Notes: generated from the sequence alone by a model not told the origin. A stretch of 64,000 nt of DNA from Aquimonas sp. (GCA_022241605.1 JAKOMQ010000020.1:9242-73241), one strand, 5' to 3'; shown: positions 31,201-40,398, counted from the stretch's first letter. Translations and numbers: made by a program.

Positions 31201-34200
31201 GCCTGAGAAAGCGGTTCGCTATCAGCCATTCTGGCCCTTCGATCCGGAGCGCATCATCGTCGCCAGCCAGCAGGGCGGCGAGAACCTCGGTCAGGCGCCG
31301 CTGAATCCGCAGCTGTTTCCGTCGGCGCAGATCTACATCCAGAATGATTTCAACGCGCCGGGCTACAACCCCAACGACGAGCATGCCTTCATGGCGCCCT
31401 CGCAGACCGGCAGCGGTTTCGAGGCCGTGTTCGCGCTGCGCTCCGATTTCGGCGCTGGCATCGCGGGTGACGGCGCTGCCGCATCGGATCCCTATGTGTT
31501 GGTGAAGTACTTCGACACCGCTGTGACCCAGTGGCGTTTCCGCGTCTATCGGGTGCTGGCGACGGGTGCAGGCTTCGAGCAGTTCCGGTTCAGTGGCACC
31601 GCCGGTACCACGGTGTCGCCGCCCTATCCGGTGCGGCTGCTGCCGGGCTGCGCGCAGAGCTTTGTCGACGGACAGGCCGTGGGCGAGCAGCCGCCGGCGC
31701 CGTTCTTCCAGGACTACAAGAACCAGCTGTGGGCGAAATCGGCCGGCAGTGGTGCCGTGCATTACTTCTATCCGGCCCAACCCGGATTCTTCGTCGACAC
31801 CAACAACAACGATATCAATGACGTGGTCAGCGGCACCTGTGTGCCCTGGCTGGCGCGGCTGCCGGTGGCGCAGGGCGGTAGCGACAATGCGCAGGCGCCG
31901 ATCCGGGTGGCCTACGACATCGACTGGCCGGAAACCACCCCGCTGCTGATCAGCGGCGAAACGCTGCTGACGCCAAAGCGCGGCCTGCCGGACATCCTCA
32001 ATCAGGCGGCGGTGGAGGTGGTCTACGACGCGATCCAGGCAACCGCCACCAATCCGCTGCCCAGCGATACCCTGGCCCAGCTGATCGACCCGCTCAACCC
32101 GCGCTCGGTGGTGCTGCCTGCGGTGCCTTCGGAAGTCGCCAAGCAGTTCCGCACCGACGGACTGGAGGACATCCTCGGCTCCGCCGACGGCGTCATCAAG
32201 CTGCCGGTGTCCCTCGGCAAACGGCTGGCTTACGACCCGCAGAACCGCCGGCTCATCCTCAAGGGCTTGGCGGACTTCACCGGCGCCGGCGATCCCTTCC
32301 TGCTGCTGAATGTGATGAGCCAGCGCGATCGTGTCGTGCTCAAGCGTCTGAACGGAGGCAACGGCAGCGAGCAGGCGGATTTCACCGGCAGCTGCGCCAC
32401 CGTGGCAGCCAACTGCAGCTGGGATCAGGCCGTGGAAGCGCTGTTCCGCCTATCGCGCAATCCCCAGCGCATCCAGAAGGTGTGCCAGGAGAGCTTCATC
32501 AACGCCCGTCGCGAGCGTGTCTGCGTGCTGGATCGCCCGGTGGGGCCCACCGATGTGCTGGTGGGCTATCAGGACCTCAACAACGACGGCATCCTCGAGC
32601 CCTTCCAGGCGTTGGGCGTGCAGGCAGCGCTGTCGGCGGGCCTGTCCCAGGGCAGCGGCTATCTCACCGTGGCCTTCAACAACAATCCGGCGCTGAATCC
32701 GCTGCCGGTGAGCCTTGAGGTGATCCAGGTCGGCTGCCTGCGCAGCCCCGCACCGCCGGCTCCGCCCACGCTGGTCAAGCCTTATCAGGGCCAGATCAAC
32801 GTGATTTCGCCGGAAAACATCTTCGACGAGCAGCTGGTGCTGCGGCACAGCGGCGACTTCGGAGGCAATGCCGATGCGCTGGAGTTCGAGTGGTTCTTCC
32901 AGCCGGACACCAGCGGTGTGCCGCCGACCGCGCTGCCGAATCCTCAGACCGGGCAGCTCAACGGCTGGATCCAGTTCCCGGTGGCCAACCCACAGGGCGC
33001 CGTCGAGATCAGTATCGAGGGTGCCAACATCCAGACGCTGTCGGACAACTGGTACCTGGCCCGCTACCGCGGTCTGCCGGGCTGCAACAACCAGAGCGAG
33101 TGGAGCCTGTGGGCGGGCCAGCCGGGCGCTACGCCGCTGAACCAGCGCGCGCAGCTCGCCGAGGGCTGGGTCAAGCGCGTGCTGGGGCGGCTGAATCCGT
33201 TCGAGGCGCGGGTGCAGAACTTCGCCCAGGCCGCCACCAACAACTACGCCAGCATGCTGGTGCAGCTGGGTCAGCGCTACGAGGGCCCGATCGCGCTCAA
33301 CAACGATCCCGGCAACCTCAACCGGATCGGTCTGATCGAGGCCTACACCACGGTGATGCGCCGGGCGCTGCAGCTCAGCGTGGAATCGACTCCACCGGTC
33401 AACTATGCCCCGGCCAATGCCGCAGTTCTGCTGGTAGCTTCGAGGCTGGTGGACTTCTACACCCTGCTGGGCAATGAGGCCTACGCGGATGCGCAGGATC
33501 CAACGATCGGCATCACCACCAACTCCGGCAACTTCTCGCTGGCGCCCTCGATCTTCAATTTCCAGAACCAGCTGCCTTCGCTGCTGGAGGAGGAGCTGAT
33601 CCTGCTGCGAGGACGCGATGACAGCCTGGGGCCGGTGGCTGCACGGCCGGTCTACAACCGCCTGTTCTGGAACTTCACCACGGGGCAGGGCGAGGTGGCC
33701 TACGCGCTGTCCTACAACATCACCGACCAGAACGCCGACGGCATCATCGACGAGCGCGACGCACGCATCCTGTTCCCGCAGGGCCACGGTGACGCCTGGG
33801 GCCACTACCTCACCGCCACCAAGACCTACTACAACCTGCTGCGGCATCCCTTCTTCAGCTGGAACCCCCAGGCCGAAGCGGTGCTGGTGGCCGGCGTGCC
33901 GATCGCGGTGGACTTCCTCGATGAGCGCCAGTTCGCGTTGACCGCAGCTGCCAAGGCGCGTACTGGCGCGGAGGTGGTGAACCTTACCTACCGCGCGGCC
34001 TACACCGAGAATCCCAACGGCCAGTGGCAGGGCTACGCCGACACACGGCCCACACGCGCCTGGGGCCTTTCAGAGTGGGGGCGTCGCGCAGGCATGGGTG
34101 CCTATTTCGACTGGATAACGGTCAATGCCATCCTGCCCGAGCAGGAGACCGATTCCAACAAGGTGGGCATCCAGCGGATCGATCGCACCACCATCTCCGA

Positions 34201-36727
34201 GCTCGGCGAGATCCTCGGGCACTACGTCGAGATCCAGCGCCAGGTCGACAAGGCCGATTCCGGCCTGAATCCCTTGGGTCTCGCCAAGAACGTGGTTCCC
34301 TTCGATATTGATCCGGCCCAGTTGACCCTGTTCAACAGAACCCAGTTCGAGCAGGTGTACGAGCGCGCCCTGCGCGCGCTGCAGAACGTAGTGGATGTCT
34401 GGGATTTTGCAAACCAGTTGAACAATCAGATGCGGCGAAATCAGAACGAGGTCGACGATCTTCGGCGCGATGCGGCGGGGCAGGAAAGTGACTTCGCCAA
34501 CCGCCTGATCGAGATCTTCGGCTACCCGTATTCCGACGATATCGGCCCGGGCGGCACCTATCCCGCAGGCTACATCGGCGCCGACATCTACCACTACATG
34601 TATGTCGACGTACCCACTCTCGCCGGCACTCCCTTCGATTTCGACGGTGGCTTGGAGGACACGGGGATCAAGCGGATCCGTGAGTTCACCGGAGTGTATT
34701 CGCCAAGCCCCAATGGCATGAACTTCTTCAATTTGAATCCGGTGCCACGCGACACACCGGATACAACCGGGGCCAACGGCCAGTCCTGCCGGGCGCAGCC
34801 GCTCAGCGTTGGCTGTCCGCTGGGTGATCTTGATCTGTCCACGCCGCTTTCGGTGCAATACACCACCATCGAGTCGCCCGACTTCGGCTTCTGGTTTACC
34901 AAGCCGCAGGGGTGGACCGGGCAGCGCCGCGCGCCAGGACGCCTCCAGCAGACGCTGCAGCAGATGGTGCAGGCGCGCGTTTCGCTGAAGCAGTCGCTAC
35001 TCGATTACGACCTGCTCAGGCAGGAGATCGAGGTGGCGGCGGACACCCTGCGCGCTACCTTCGATATCGAAGAACGCAACATCAATCTGCTGATCGATCA
35101 GCGCCGGGAGCTGCGTGCACTCACGGCCACTACGGCCACCATGAACTCAGCGGCAAAAGCGGCCAGGCGGGCAGGCGAGATTCTCGACTTCACCTTCAGG
35201 GACACGGTCGAGTGTATCCCCACTGTATTCATTGCCGGCCTCGCAGCCGGCGGAGACATGACCTCGGGAATCCGGTGTGGCATCAAGCAGGCGGGCAACA
35301 TTCCGAAGTTCGCGCTGGACACCGTTGCCGACGGCCTGGAGATCATCGGCACCGCCACCGAGGCTGCAAAGGAGGACGTAAGCCAGCTCTCCGGCCTGAG
35401 AGCTGCTATCAACAGCTCGAATTTGACCCTGTTCAACTCGCTGGGCGAAGTCGAAACCCTCATTCGAAAGGAACCGCTGCTGCGCGCCGAGGTGTTTGCA
35501 CGCACCGAGGCGATCAAGCAGCTCACCGGCGAATACCAGGCGTCTTTGGCGGAAGGCCTGCGGGTGATGGACAGCATGATCGCCTATCGCCGCAACGGAG
35601 CCGCGGACATCCAGGTCTTCCGCTACCAGGACATGGCCTTCCGGATCTTCCGCAACGATGCGCTGCAGAAGTACCGCGCCGCCTTTGATCTGGCCGCGCG
35701 CTACGTCTACCTGGCGGCAGCAGCCTACGACTACGACACCAACCTGCTGGGCAGCAACCAGCGCGCCGGCCAGGAGTTCCTGACCCGGATCGTGCGCGAG
35801 CGCAGCATCGGCCAGGTGCTGAACGGAAATCCGGTGCCGGGTACGCCCGGGCTTGCCGACACCATGGCCCAGCTCAAGCTGAACTTCGATGTGCTCAAGG
35901 GGCAGATGGGGTTCAACAATCCGCAGGTGGAAACCAACCGGTTCTCGCTGCGGCGCGAGCTGTTCCGTATTCCCGAAGGGCCGTCGGGCGACGCCGCCTG
36001 GCGCGCCAAGCTGGAGAGCTTCCGCGTGGATGATCTCTGGCAGGTGCCTGAGTTCCGGCGCTACGCGCGGCCGTTTGCGCCGCAGTCGGCTGGGCCGCAG
36101 CCGGGGCTGGTGATCGAGTTCGACACCAACGTCACCTTCGGCCTGAACTTCTTCGGCTGGCCGCTGGGCGCACAGGACAGCAGCTACGACTCCAGCCAGT
36201 TCGCCACCCGCGTGCGCTCGGTGGGTGCGTGGTTTGGCAACTACGCCAGCCTGCCGCTAGCCGACGATCCGCGGGTGTACCTGTTCCCGGTGGGCGCCGA
36301 CGTGATGCGTTCGCCCTCGGCCAACGATTTCACCATTCGCGAGTGGCAGGTGGTGGACCAGGCCATCCCGGTGCCGTTCCCGATCGGTAGCCAGGATCTG
36401 GGCCGCTTCGATTGGAATCCGGTGGCCGACACGCTGTCGGAATCCAGCACCGAAGTCCGCCGCTATGGACGCTTCCGCGCCTTCCACTTCGCCGAGCCTT
36501 TCAGCGATGCCCAGGTCACGTCGGACAGCCGTCTGATCGGCCGATCGGTCTGGAACCGGCGCTGGCTGTTGATCATTCCGGGAGGCACCTTCCTGAATGA
36601 TCCGGTCAACGGTCTCGACACCTTCATCCAGGGTCCGTTGATCCCGGGAGGCAATGGCCAGCGTGACGGCCAGGGCGTCGACGACATTCGGGTCTTTTTC
36701 AAGACCTATGCCTACTCGGGGTCCTGA
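28244..36727 (+). CDS. Large secreted protein (~2,800 aa): N-terminal SBBP-like propeller, beta-rich middle, C-terminal helical region resembling a Tc toxin A channel
   Basis: 2827-codon ORF; signal peptide after ATG 28289; DIFVARLS.GQVVW and DGYIAKLS..GEWQWV blades; long amphipathic helices around a Gly-rich hairpin at about 35213-35278. Confidence 0.85.
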   Translation: MSTVMHAAIAQDDTSMMLQPLRALRRLAAGLAALAMLAAGQAGATWPQSIPSTGESAVVVSKPALNGDVIIAGRFSGSLEYGGQTITAEGLDDIFVARLSPGGQVVWLARAGGPSQDTVETLALDVAGNVFIVGSFRGTARFGSSSRTAVVGTTDGYIAKLSPLGEWQWVRDIRGPGNIVVSGVVALAGDNTVVPPVPESVALVGTYSCSASFDSGSAPPTTIVLNAAAPDPCRSGRTDLFIARVETTGDWKWAVNRTGTPTGLDRASRVQLDRDGRLVVLGAGVGATLNSSPVTTFNGNLGGLPSGWSSTDGSRGLVTQTAGSVPNLFAFFFPAFNYSFFTGTDALALRGGNVTVTSPTYNTTGAQVVRVSLDVLRGLPGLGGTFYELWRTQGVVTDSTDATGGMQLQYLNSAGAWRTVDTFAGSGPAGERFVRRDGAAYAISDPLAAHAGFRLRFLMPSGRGAFSSWIDGIAYRDWWHIDDVSVAGTGAPQNFVLLVSDLLAATPLVSAPTNLLQGVDVRDAVVDRQANRLVLAGRYNGAAGVGSCQTPAGSGALFASYSLDGISPTCRWVRTAPNAAAEAIAVDSQGRVFATGSFSGQVKFFNLDPQPEPPDPMGVNVLTATGGSRDPFVAGLDRDGGWQWVTGGNRNQPPDSRPTFAGGAGDDAGLAISAGGTGALYVGGRFQAIARFGPQDQLVSLAGSDGFLANLGSDGRFFEEERWLAGQPIPAPPEAKRDNVAFVPEFAIDGQPFDAIGQRIFLWTQPGGSRLAELIPLQPFGRIEVRWRVNGQDLTSTQRVSRLGAVGWPTRSCEPGEAEGCYQDHVVGAPVQVEPAEGTFRVLELVSPQVGSSGATYAAGQFNAPRTGFAALVYVAGPTLDPQLYATEVEIVRTQPYFAVPLFTDNVPAEIGRPIIDSGHDEPGTTGFVVNELAYYDGFGADAAYNRAGRTGAIIPVNRYSSQRPQEQSRDLAVAWYKRKARGVYWPEKAVRYQPFWPFDPERIIVASQQGGENLGQAPLNPQLFPSAQIYIQNDFNAPGYNPNDEHAFMAPSQTGSGFEAVFALRSDFGAGIAGDGAAASDPYVLVKYFDTAVTQWRFRVYRVLATGAGFEQFRFSGTAGTTVSPPYPVRLLPGCAQSFVDGQAVGEQPPAPFFQDYKNQLWAKSAGSGAVHYFYPAQPGFFVDTNNNDINDVVSGTCVPWLARLPVAQGGSDNAQAPIRVAYDIDWPETTPLLISGETLLTPKRGLPDILNQAAVEVVYDAIQATATNPLPSDTLAQLIDPLNPRSVVLPAVPSEVAKQFRTDGLEDILGSADGVIKLPVSLGKRLAYDPQNRRLILKGLADFTGAGDPFLLLNVMSQRDRVVLKRLNGGNGSEQADFTGSCATVAANCSWDQAVEALFRLSRNPQRIQKVCQESFINARRERVCVLDRPVGPTDVLVGYQDLNNDGILEPFQALGVQAALSAGLSQGSGYLTVAFNNNPALNPLPVSLEVIQVGCLRSPAPPAPPTLVKPYQGQINVISPENIFDEQLVLRHSGDFGGNADALEFEWFFQPDTSGVPPTALPNPQTGQLNGWIQFPVANPQGAVEISIEGANIQTLSDNWYLARYRGLPGCNNQSEWSLWAGQPGATPLNQRAQLAEGWVKRVLGRLNPFEARVQNFAQAATNNYASMLVQLGQRYEGPIALNNDPGNLNRIGLIEAYTTVMRRALQLSVESTPPVNYAPANAAVLLVASRLVDFYTLLGNEAYADAQDPTIGITTNSGNFSLAPSIFNFQNQLPSLLEEELILLRGRDDSLGPVAARPVYNRLFWNFTTGQGEVAYALSYNITDQNADGIIDERDARILFPQGHGDAWGHYLTATKTYYNLLRHPFFSWNPQAEAVLVAGVPIAVDFLDERQFALTAAAKARTGAEVVNLTYRAAYTENPNGQWQGYADTRPTRAWGLSEWGRRAGMGAYFDWITVNAILPEQETDSNKVGIQRIDRTTISELGEILGHYVEIQRQVDKADSGLNPLGLAKNVVPFDIDPAQLTLFNRTQFEQVYERALRALQNVVDVWDFANQLNNQMRRNQNEVDDLRRDAAGQESDFANRLIEIFGYPYSDDIGPGGTYPAGYIGADIYHYMYVDVPTLAGTPFDFDGGLEDTGIKRIREFTGVYSPSPNGMNFFNLNPVPRDTPDTTGANGQSCRAQPLSVGCPLGDLDLSTPLSVQYTTIESPDFGFWFTKPQGWTGQRRAPGRLQQTLQQMVQARVSLKQSLLDYDLLRQEIEVAADTLRATFDIEERNINLLIDQRRELRALTATTATMNSAAKAARRAGEILDFTFRDTVECIPTVFIAGLAAGGDMTSGIRCGIKQAGNIPKFALDTVADGLEIIGTATEAAKEDVSQLSGLRAAINSSNLTLFNSLGEVETLIRKEPLLRAEVFARTEAIKQLTGEYQASLAEGLRVMDSMIAYRRNGAADIQVFRYQDMAFRIFRNDALQKYRAAFDLAARYVYLAAAAYDYDTNLLGSNQRAGQEFLTRIVRERSIGQVLNGNPVPGTPGLADTMAQLKLNFDVLKGQMGFNNPQVETNRFSLRRELFRIPEGPSGDAAWRAKLESFRVDDLWQVPEFRRYARPFAPQSAGPQPGLVIEFDTNVTFGLNFFGWPLGAQDSSYDSSQFATRVRSVGAWFGNYASLPLADDPRVYLFPVGADVMRSPSANDFTIREWQVVDQAIPVPFPIGSQDLGRFDWNPVADTLSESSTEVRRYGRFRAFHFAEPFSDAQVTSDSRLIGRSVWNRRWLLIIPGGTFLNDPVNGLDTFIQGPLIPGGNGQRDGQGVDDIRVFFKTYAYSGS

Positions 36728-36728
36728 C

Positions 36729-39035
36729 ATGAGCGCCTACGCAGCCCGCTGCATCCTTTCCGTCCTGGCCCTGCTGGCGTTTGCAGCCGCCCCGGTACGT
36801 GCCGAGATCGAAGCCCCGGACCATGTGCTCTACGGCAGCGCCACCCTGTTCGGCCAACCGGCCGCGACCGGCAGCGTGATCGAGGTCAGGTCCGCTATCG
36901 ATCAGTCCGTGCTTGCGCGCTACACGCTGGGGCGCGACCCGCGTCTGGGCGGCGCCTACCGTGTCGCCATCCCGATGTCGGCGGTCAACCCGCGTATACC
37001 GGGCAGTGCGCGCCCAGGCGATCCGGTGCGGATCTTCCTGGGCCCGCGCCTTGCGGGTGAGACATCGGTGGGTGCCGAAGGCGTGGCGCGCAGGCTCGAT
37101 ATCGATCCACAGAACATGGGCAGTGGCCCCGCGATCGATGTGCAGGACCAGCAGGTCTTCGAGGGCAATTCCGGCACTACGCCGATGGTGTTCACCTTCA
37201 GCATGAACACCACCAGCAGCAGCACGGTGCACGTGGACTACGAGACCCGCAACGTCACGGCGAACGGCGGAGCGGCTTGCACTCAGGGGGTGGACTACAT
37301 CATCCGCAGCGGCCGGGTCAGCTTCCCGCCCGGCAGCCTGGAGCAGACCCTCACCATCCAGATCTGCGGCGACACCGTGATCGAGGGCGTCGAGACCTTC
37401 GCCCTGGAGCTGCTCAACGCGGTCGGCGGCGTGCTGGTGCGGCCGTCAGCGGTGGGCACGATAGTCGACGACGATGACGTGCCGATGCTGTCGATGGAAT
37501 CGATCCGCGTGCTGGAGCCTGCCAGCGGCAGCGTCGAGGCGCGCTTCACCGCGCGCCTGTCGCGGACCTCGACCTTCGAGACCGCCTTCAGCTTTGCCAC
37601 CCAGAACATCACTGCCAACGCCGGCAGCGATTTCATCGCCCGCAGCGGACGGATCACGATTCCCGCCGGCGAGATCGAGGCGAGTATTGCGGTGGTTGTG
37701 CTGGCCGATGCGGTGGTGGAGCCGAATGAAACGTTCCGGTTGGTGCTCAGCGAGCCCCTCAACCTCGCGTTCTCCAACAGCCAAGCCATCGCCACCATCA
37801 TCGATCCGCGCTTCGCGCCCGAGGTGGAGGTCGAGCAGCAGGTTCCAGGCGGCCCCGGCGGGGTGCCCGGACTGCTGCAGCCGAGCGCGCTGGCGCTGTC
37901 GCCGGACGGAGCGTTTGCCTACGTTACCAGCGAGAGCCGCGACAGCGTGCTGCTGTTTGCCCGCGACAACACCAGCGGCCAGCTCGAGTATCGACGTGAG
38001 TACCTCGCCGTGGCGGGCAGCCTGCCGGGCGCGCGTCTGGATGGTCCGAGGCATCTGGTGGTCAGCGCTGACGGCCGGCACGTTTACGTGGCCGCACGCA
38101 ACGATGCGGCCATCGCAGTGCTGGCGCGCGATGCGGGCAACGGTGAGCTGAGCTTCGTGGCCAACCAGATCAACGGCCAGGTCAACCCGGGTGCGGTGGG
38201 CGGGGATACCCGCGGGCTCGGCGGTGTCACTCGACTGGCGCTCAGTCCGGATGGTCGTCATCTGTACGCTTCCGGCGCGACCGCCGACAGCATCGCCGTA
38301 TTCGCCCGCGACCCTGAAGACGGCCGACTGGTGTTTGTGGAGGCCGAGCAGCAGGGAGTCAATGATCCGGCCGATCCGGGCGGCGCCGTGGTCGGGCTGG
38401 AGCGGCCGGCCGGCCTGCAGTTCTCGCCGGACGGGCGTCAGCTTTACGTGGCTGCGCGCTTTGGCAACGCCGTGGTGGTCTTCGATCGCGAATCCAGCGA
38501 TGCCGAGGCTGGCTTCGGCCGGCTCAGTTTCCGCGCCGCCTACCGCAACGGCCTGCTCGGCGTAAGCGGGCTTGCCGGTGCAGCGGATCTGGTGGTCAGC
38601 GGCGACGGTCGACAGATCTACGTGGCGGCCGAGTCCAGCAACGGCATCGTCCGCTTCGACCGCGCCGCCGACGGCGACCTCACCTGGCGCCAGCGCTGGA
38701 ATCGCGGCGATGCTGACCTGCCGGGTCTGTCGGGTCCGCAGGCGATCGCGCTGACGCCGGACGATGGCGAGCTGTACGTCGCCGGTTTCGGTGACAGCAG
38801 CCTCAGCATCCTGCGGCGCAGCCGGGGCACCCAGGATCTCGGGTCCCTGCGTCCGCTGCAGACGCTGTTCGACGACGAGGGCGGTCTGGAGCTGATGGGC
38901 GGCCCGGTAGCGGTGGTGATCAGCCACGACAACCGGCATGTGTACGTGGTGGCGGCCACCGACAGTGGCGTGGTGGTACTGCGGCGGCTGTCCGCTGACC
39001 GCATCTTCGAGAACGGCTTCGAAGCCACACCCTGA
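36729..39035 (+). CDS. Secreted protein: unknown N-domain, two Calx-beta domains, lactonase-type propeller, C-terminal IFENGFE
   Basis: Signal peptide VRA-E; V.EGNSGTT..VFT, GVDY, GTIVDDD and EPNETF Calx-beta signatures; SPDGRHLY blades; ATG 1 nt after upstream stop. Confidence 0.88.
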   Translation: MSAYAARCILSVLALLAFAAAPVRAEIEAPDHVLYGSATLFGQPAATGSVIEVRSAIDQSVLARYTLGRDPRLGGAYRVAIPMSAVNPRIPGSARPGDPVRIFLGPRLAGETSVGAEGVARRLDIDPQNMGSGPAIDVQDQQVFEGNSGTTPMVFTFSMNTTSSSTVHVDYETRNVTANGGAACTQGVDYIIRSGRVSFPPGSLEQTLTIQICGDTVIEGVETFALELLNAVGGVLVRPSAVGTIVDDDDVPMLSMESIRVLEPASGSVEARFTARLSRTSTFETAFSFATQNITANAGSDFIARSGRITIPAGEIEASIAVVVLADAVVEPNETFRLVLSEPLNLAFSNSQAIATIIDPRFAPEVEVEQQVPGGPGGVPGLLQPSALALSPDGAFAYVTSESRDSVLLFARDNTSGQLEYRREYLAVAGSLPGARLDGPRHLVVSADGRHVYVAARNDAAIAVLARDAGNGELSFVANQINGQVNPGAVGGDTRGLGGVTRLALSPDGRHLYASGATADSIAVFARDPEDGRLVFVEAEQQGVNDPADPGGAVVGLERPAGLQFSPDGRQLYVAARFGNAVVVFDRESSDAEAGFGRLSFRAAYRNGLLGVSGLAGAADLVVSGDGRQIYVAAESSNGIVRFDRAADGDLTWRQRWNRGDADLPGLSGPQAIALTPDDGELYVAGFGDSSLSILRRSRGTQDLGSLRPLQTLFDDEGGLELMGGPVAVVISHDNRHVYVVAATDSGVVVLRRLSADRIFENGFEATP

Positions 39036-39040
39036 GCCAT

Positions 39041-39079
39041 GCCATTGCAGCGGATTCCGATCGGATCCGCTGCAATGGC
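39041..39079. terminator. Strong hairpin at the end of the five-gene cluster
   Basis: 15-bp perfect arms GCCATTGCAGCGGAT / ATCCGCTGCAATGGC; no U tract, so may be an mRNA-stabilising stem rather than a terminator. Confidence 0.5.
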
Positions 39080-39111
39080 GCGTGCGCACGGCGCCACGTT
39101 AGTCTGCGGAC

Positions 39112-40398
39112 ATGGGTTCCGCTCTGAAGGACGATATCGCGGCGCTGGCGCCGCCGGCGCGTGAGCACTGGCGGCGCAACCTGCGCCTGCACGTCTCCTC
39201 GCATGTGCTGAGCCAGCTTGGCGATGCGTTGATGAACCCGCGCACCAGTCTTGCGTGGCTGGCCGGCAGCCTCGGTGCGTCGCCCGCCGTGTTGGCGCTG
39301 CTGGTGCCGGTGCGCGAATCCGGCAGCCTGCTGCCACAGCCCTTGCTGGCGCGTTGGCTGCACGCACGCGCGCAGCGCCGTGGCCTGTGGGCATGCGGAG
39401 CGGTGCTGCAGGCGCTGGCTGTGCTGGGTCTTGCCTCGCTGGCGTGGGCCTGGCGCAGTAACGGGCTGGAGCACGCCGGGCAGTGGCCCGGCTTGGCCCT
39501 GCTGGGCCTGCTGGCGCTTTTCGCACTGGCACGTGCCCTGTGCTCGGTGACCGGCAAGGATGTGCTGGGTCGCAGCGTGCCGCGCGGCCAGCGCGGACGC
39601 GCCAGCGGATGGGCGGCTGCGATCAGCGGCTTCCTGGTGCTGCTTCTGGCTGGCTTGGCGTGGGCGGGGCTGGAGTCCGGCGCGGAGTCCCGCTGGCTGC
39701 CCTTCTGGCTGCTGGCGGCCGCGCTGTGCTGGCTGCTGGCGGCGCCGCTGTTCGTAGGCATCCGTGAGCCCGCGGCCGAGCCCTCGGGCGCTGGCCGTGG
39801 CCTCGGCCTCAGCCTGCTGTTGCGCGATGACCTGCTGCGGCGATTCGTGCTGGCCCGTGGGCTGTTGCTGGGCTCCGCGCTGTCGCCGCCTTTCTTTGTT
39901 GCCCTGGCCCAACAGCAGACGGACGGCCCCGGCTTGCTGGCTTTCGTGGCCGCAGGTGGGGTAGCCGGTCTGGTGGGCGGCCTGGTCTGGGGGCGGTTGG
40001 CCGATCGCAGCAGTCGCCGCACCCTGGGATTGGCGGCGGTGCTGGCCAGCCTGTGCACCTTGGGTCTGGCGGTGGCTGCAGCGCTTGATTTGCCGCTGCT
40101 GGGTTCGGCCTGGCTGCTGCCGGCGGGTTTCCTGCTGGTCTCGCTCGCCCACGAGGGCGTGCGCGTTGGCCGCAAGACCTGGATCGTCAACATCGCCGAG
40201 GGCGCGCGCAGGATCGACTATGTCGCGGTCAGCAATGCCGCGATGGGAGCGCTGTTGCTGGCAGTCGGGGTGCTGACGGCGCTGCTGGCGACGGTATCGA
40301 CCCCGGGGGTTCTGCTGCTGCTTGCAGTGATCGGCCTGGTCGGGGCCTGGCTGGGTCTACGCCTGCCCGAAGCAGAAGCGCAGGTCGGTGACCGCTGA
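39112..40398 (+). CDS. MFS-type permease
   Basis: About 12 hydrophobic segments, GRLADRSSRR loop motif, LVPVRESGSLLPQ. Confidence 0.82.
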   Translation: MGSALKDDIAALAPPAREHWRRNLRLHVSSHVLSQLGDALMNPRTSLAWLAGSLGASPAVLALLVPVRESGSLLPQPLLARWLHARAQRRGLWACGAVLQALAVLGLASLAWAWRSNGLEHAGQWPGLALLGLLALFALARALCSVTGKDVLGRSVPRGQRGRASGWAAAISGFLVLLLAGLAWAGLESGAESRWLPFWLLAAALCWLLAAPLFVGIREPAAEPSGAGRGLGLSLLLRDDLLRRFVLARGLLLGSALSPPFFVALAQQQTDGPGLLAFVAAGGVAGLVGGLVWGRLADRSSRRTLGLAAVLASLCTLGLAVAAALDLPLLGSAWLLPAGFLLVSLAHEGVRVGRKTWIVNIAEGARRIDYVAVSNAAMGALLLAVGVLTALLATVSTPGVLLLLAVIGLVGAWLGLRLPEAEAQVGDR

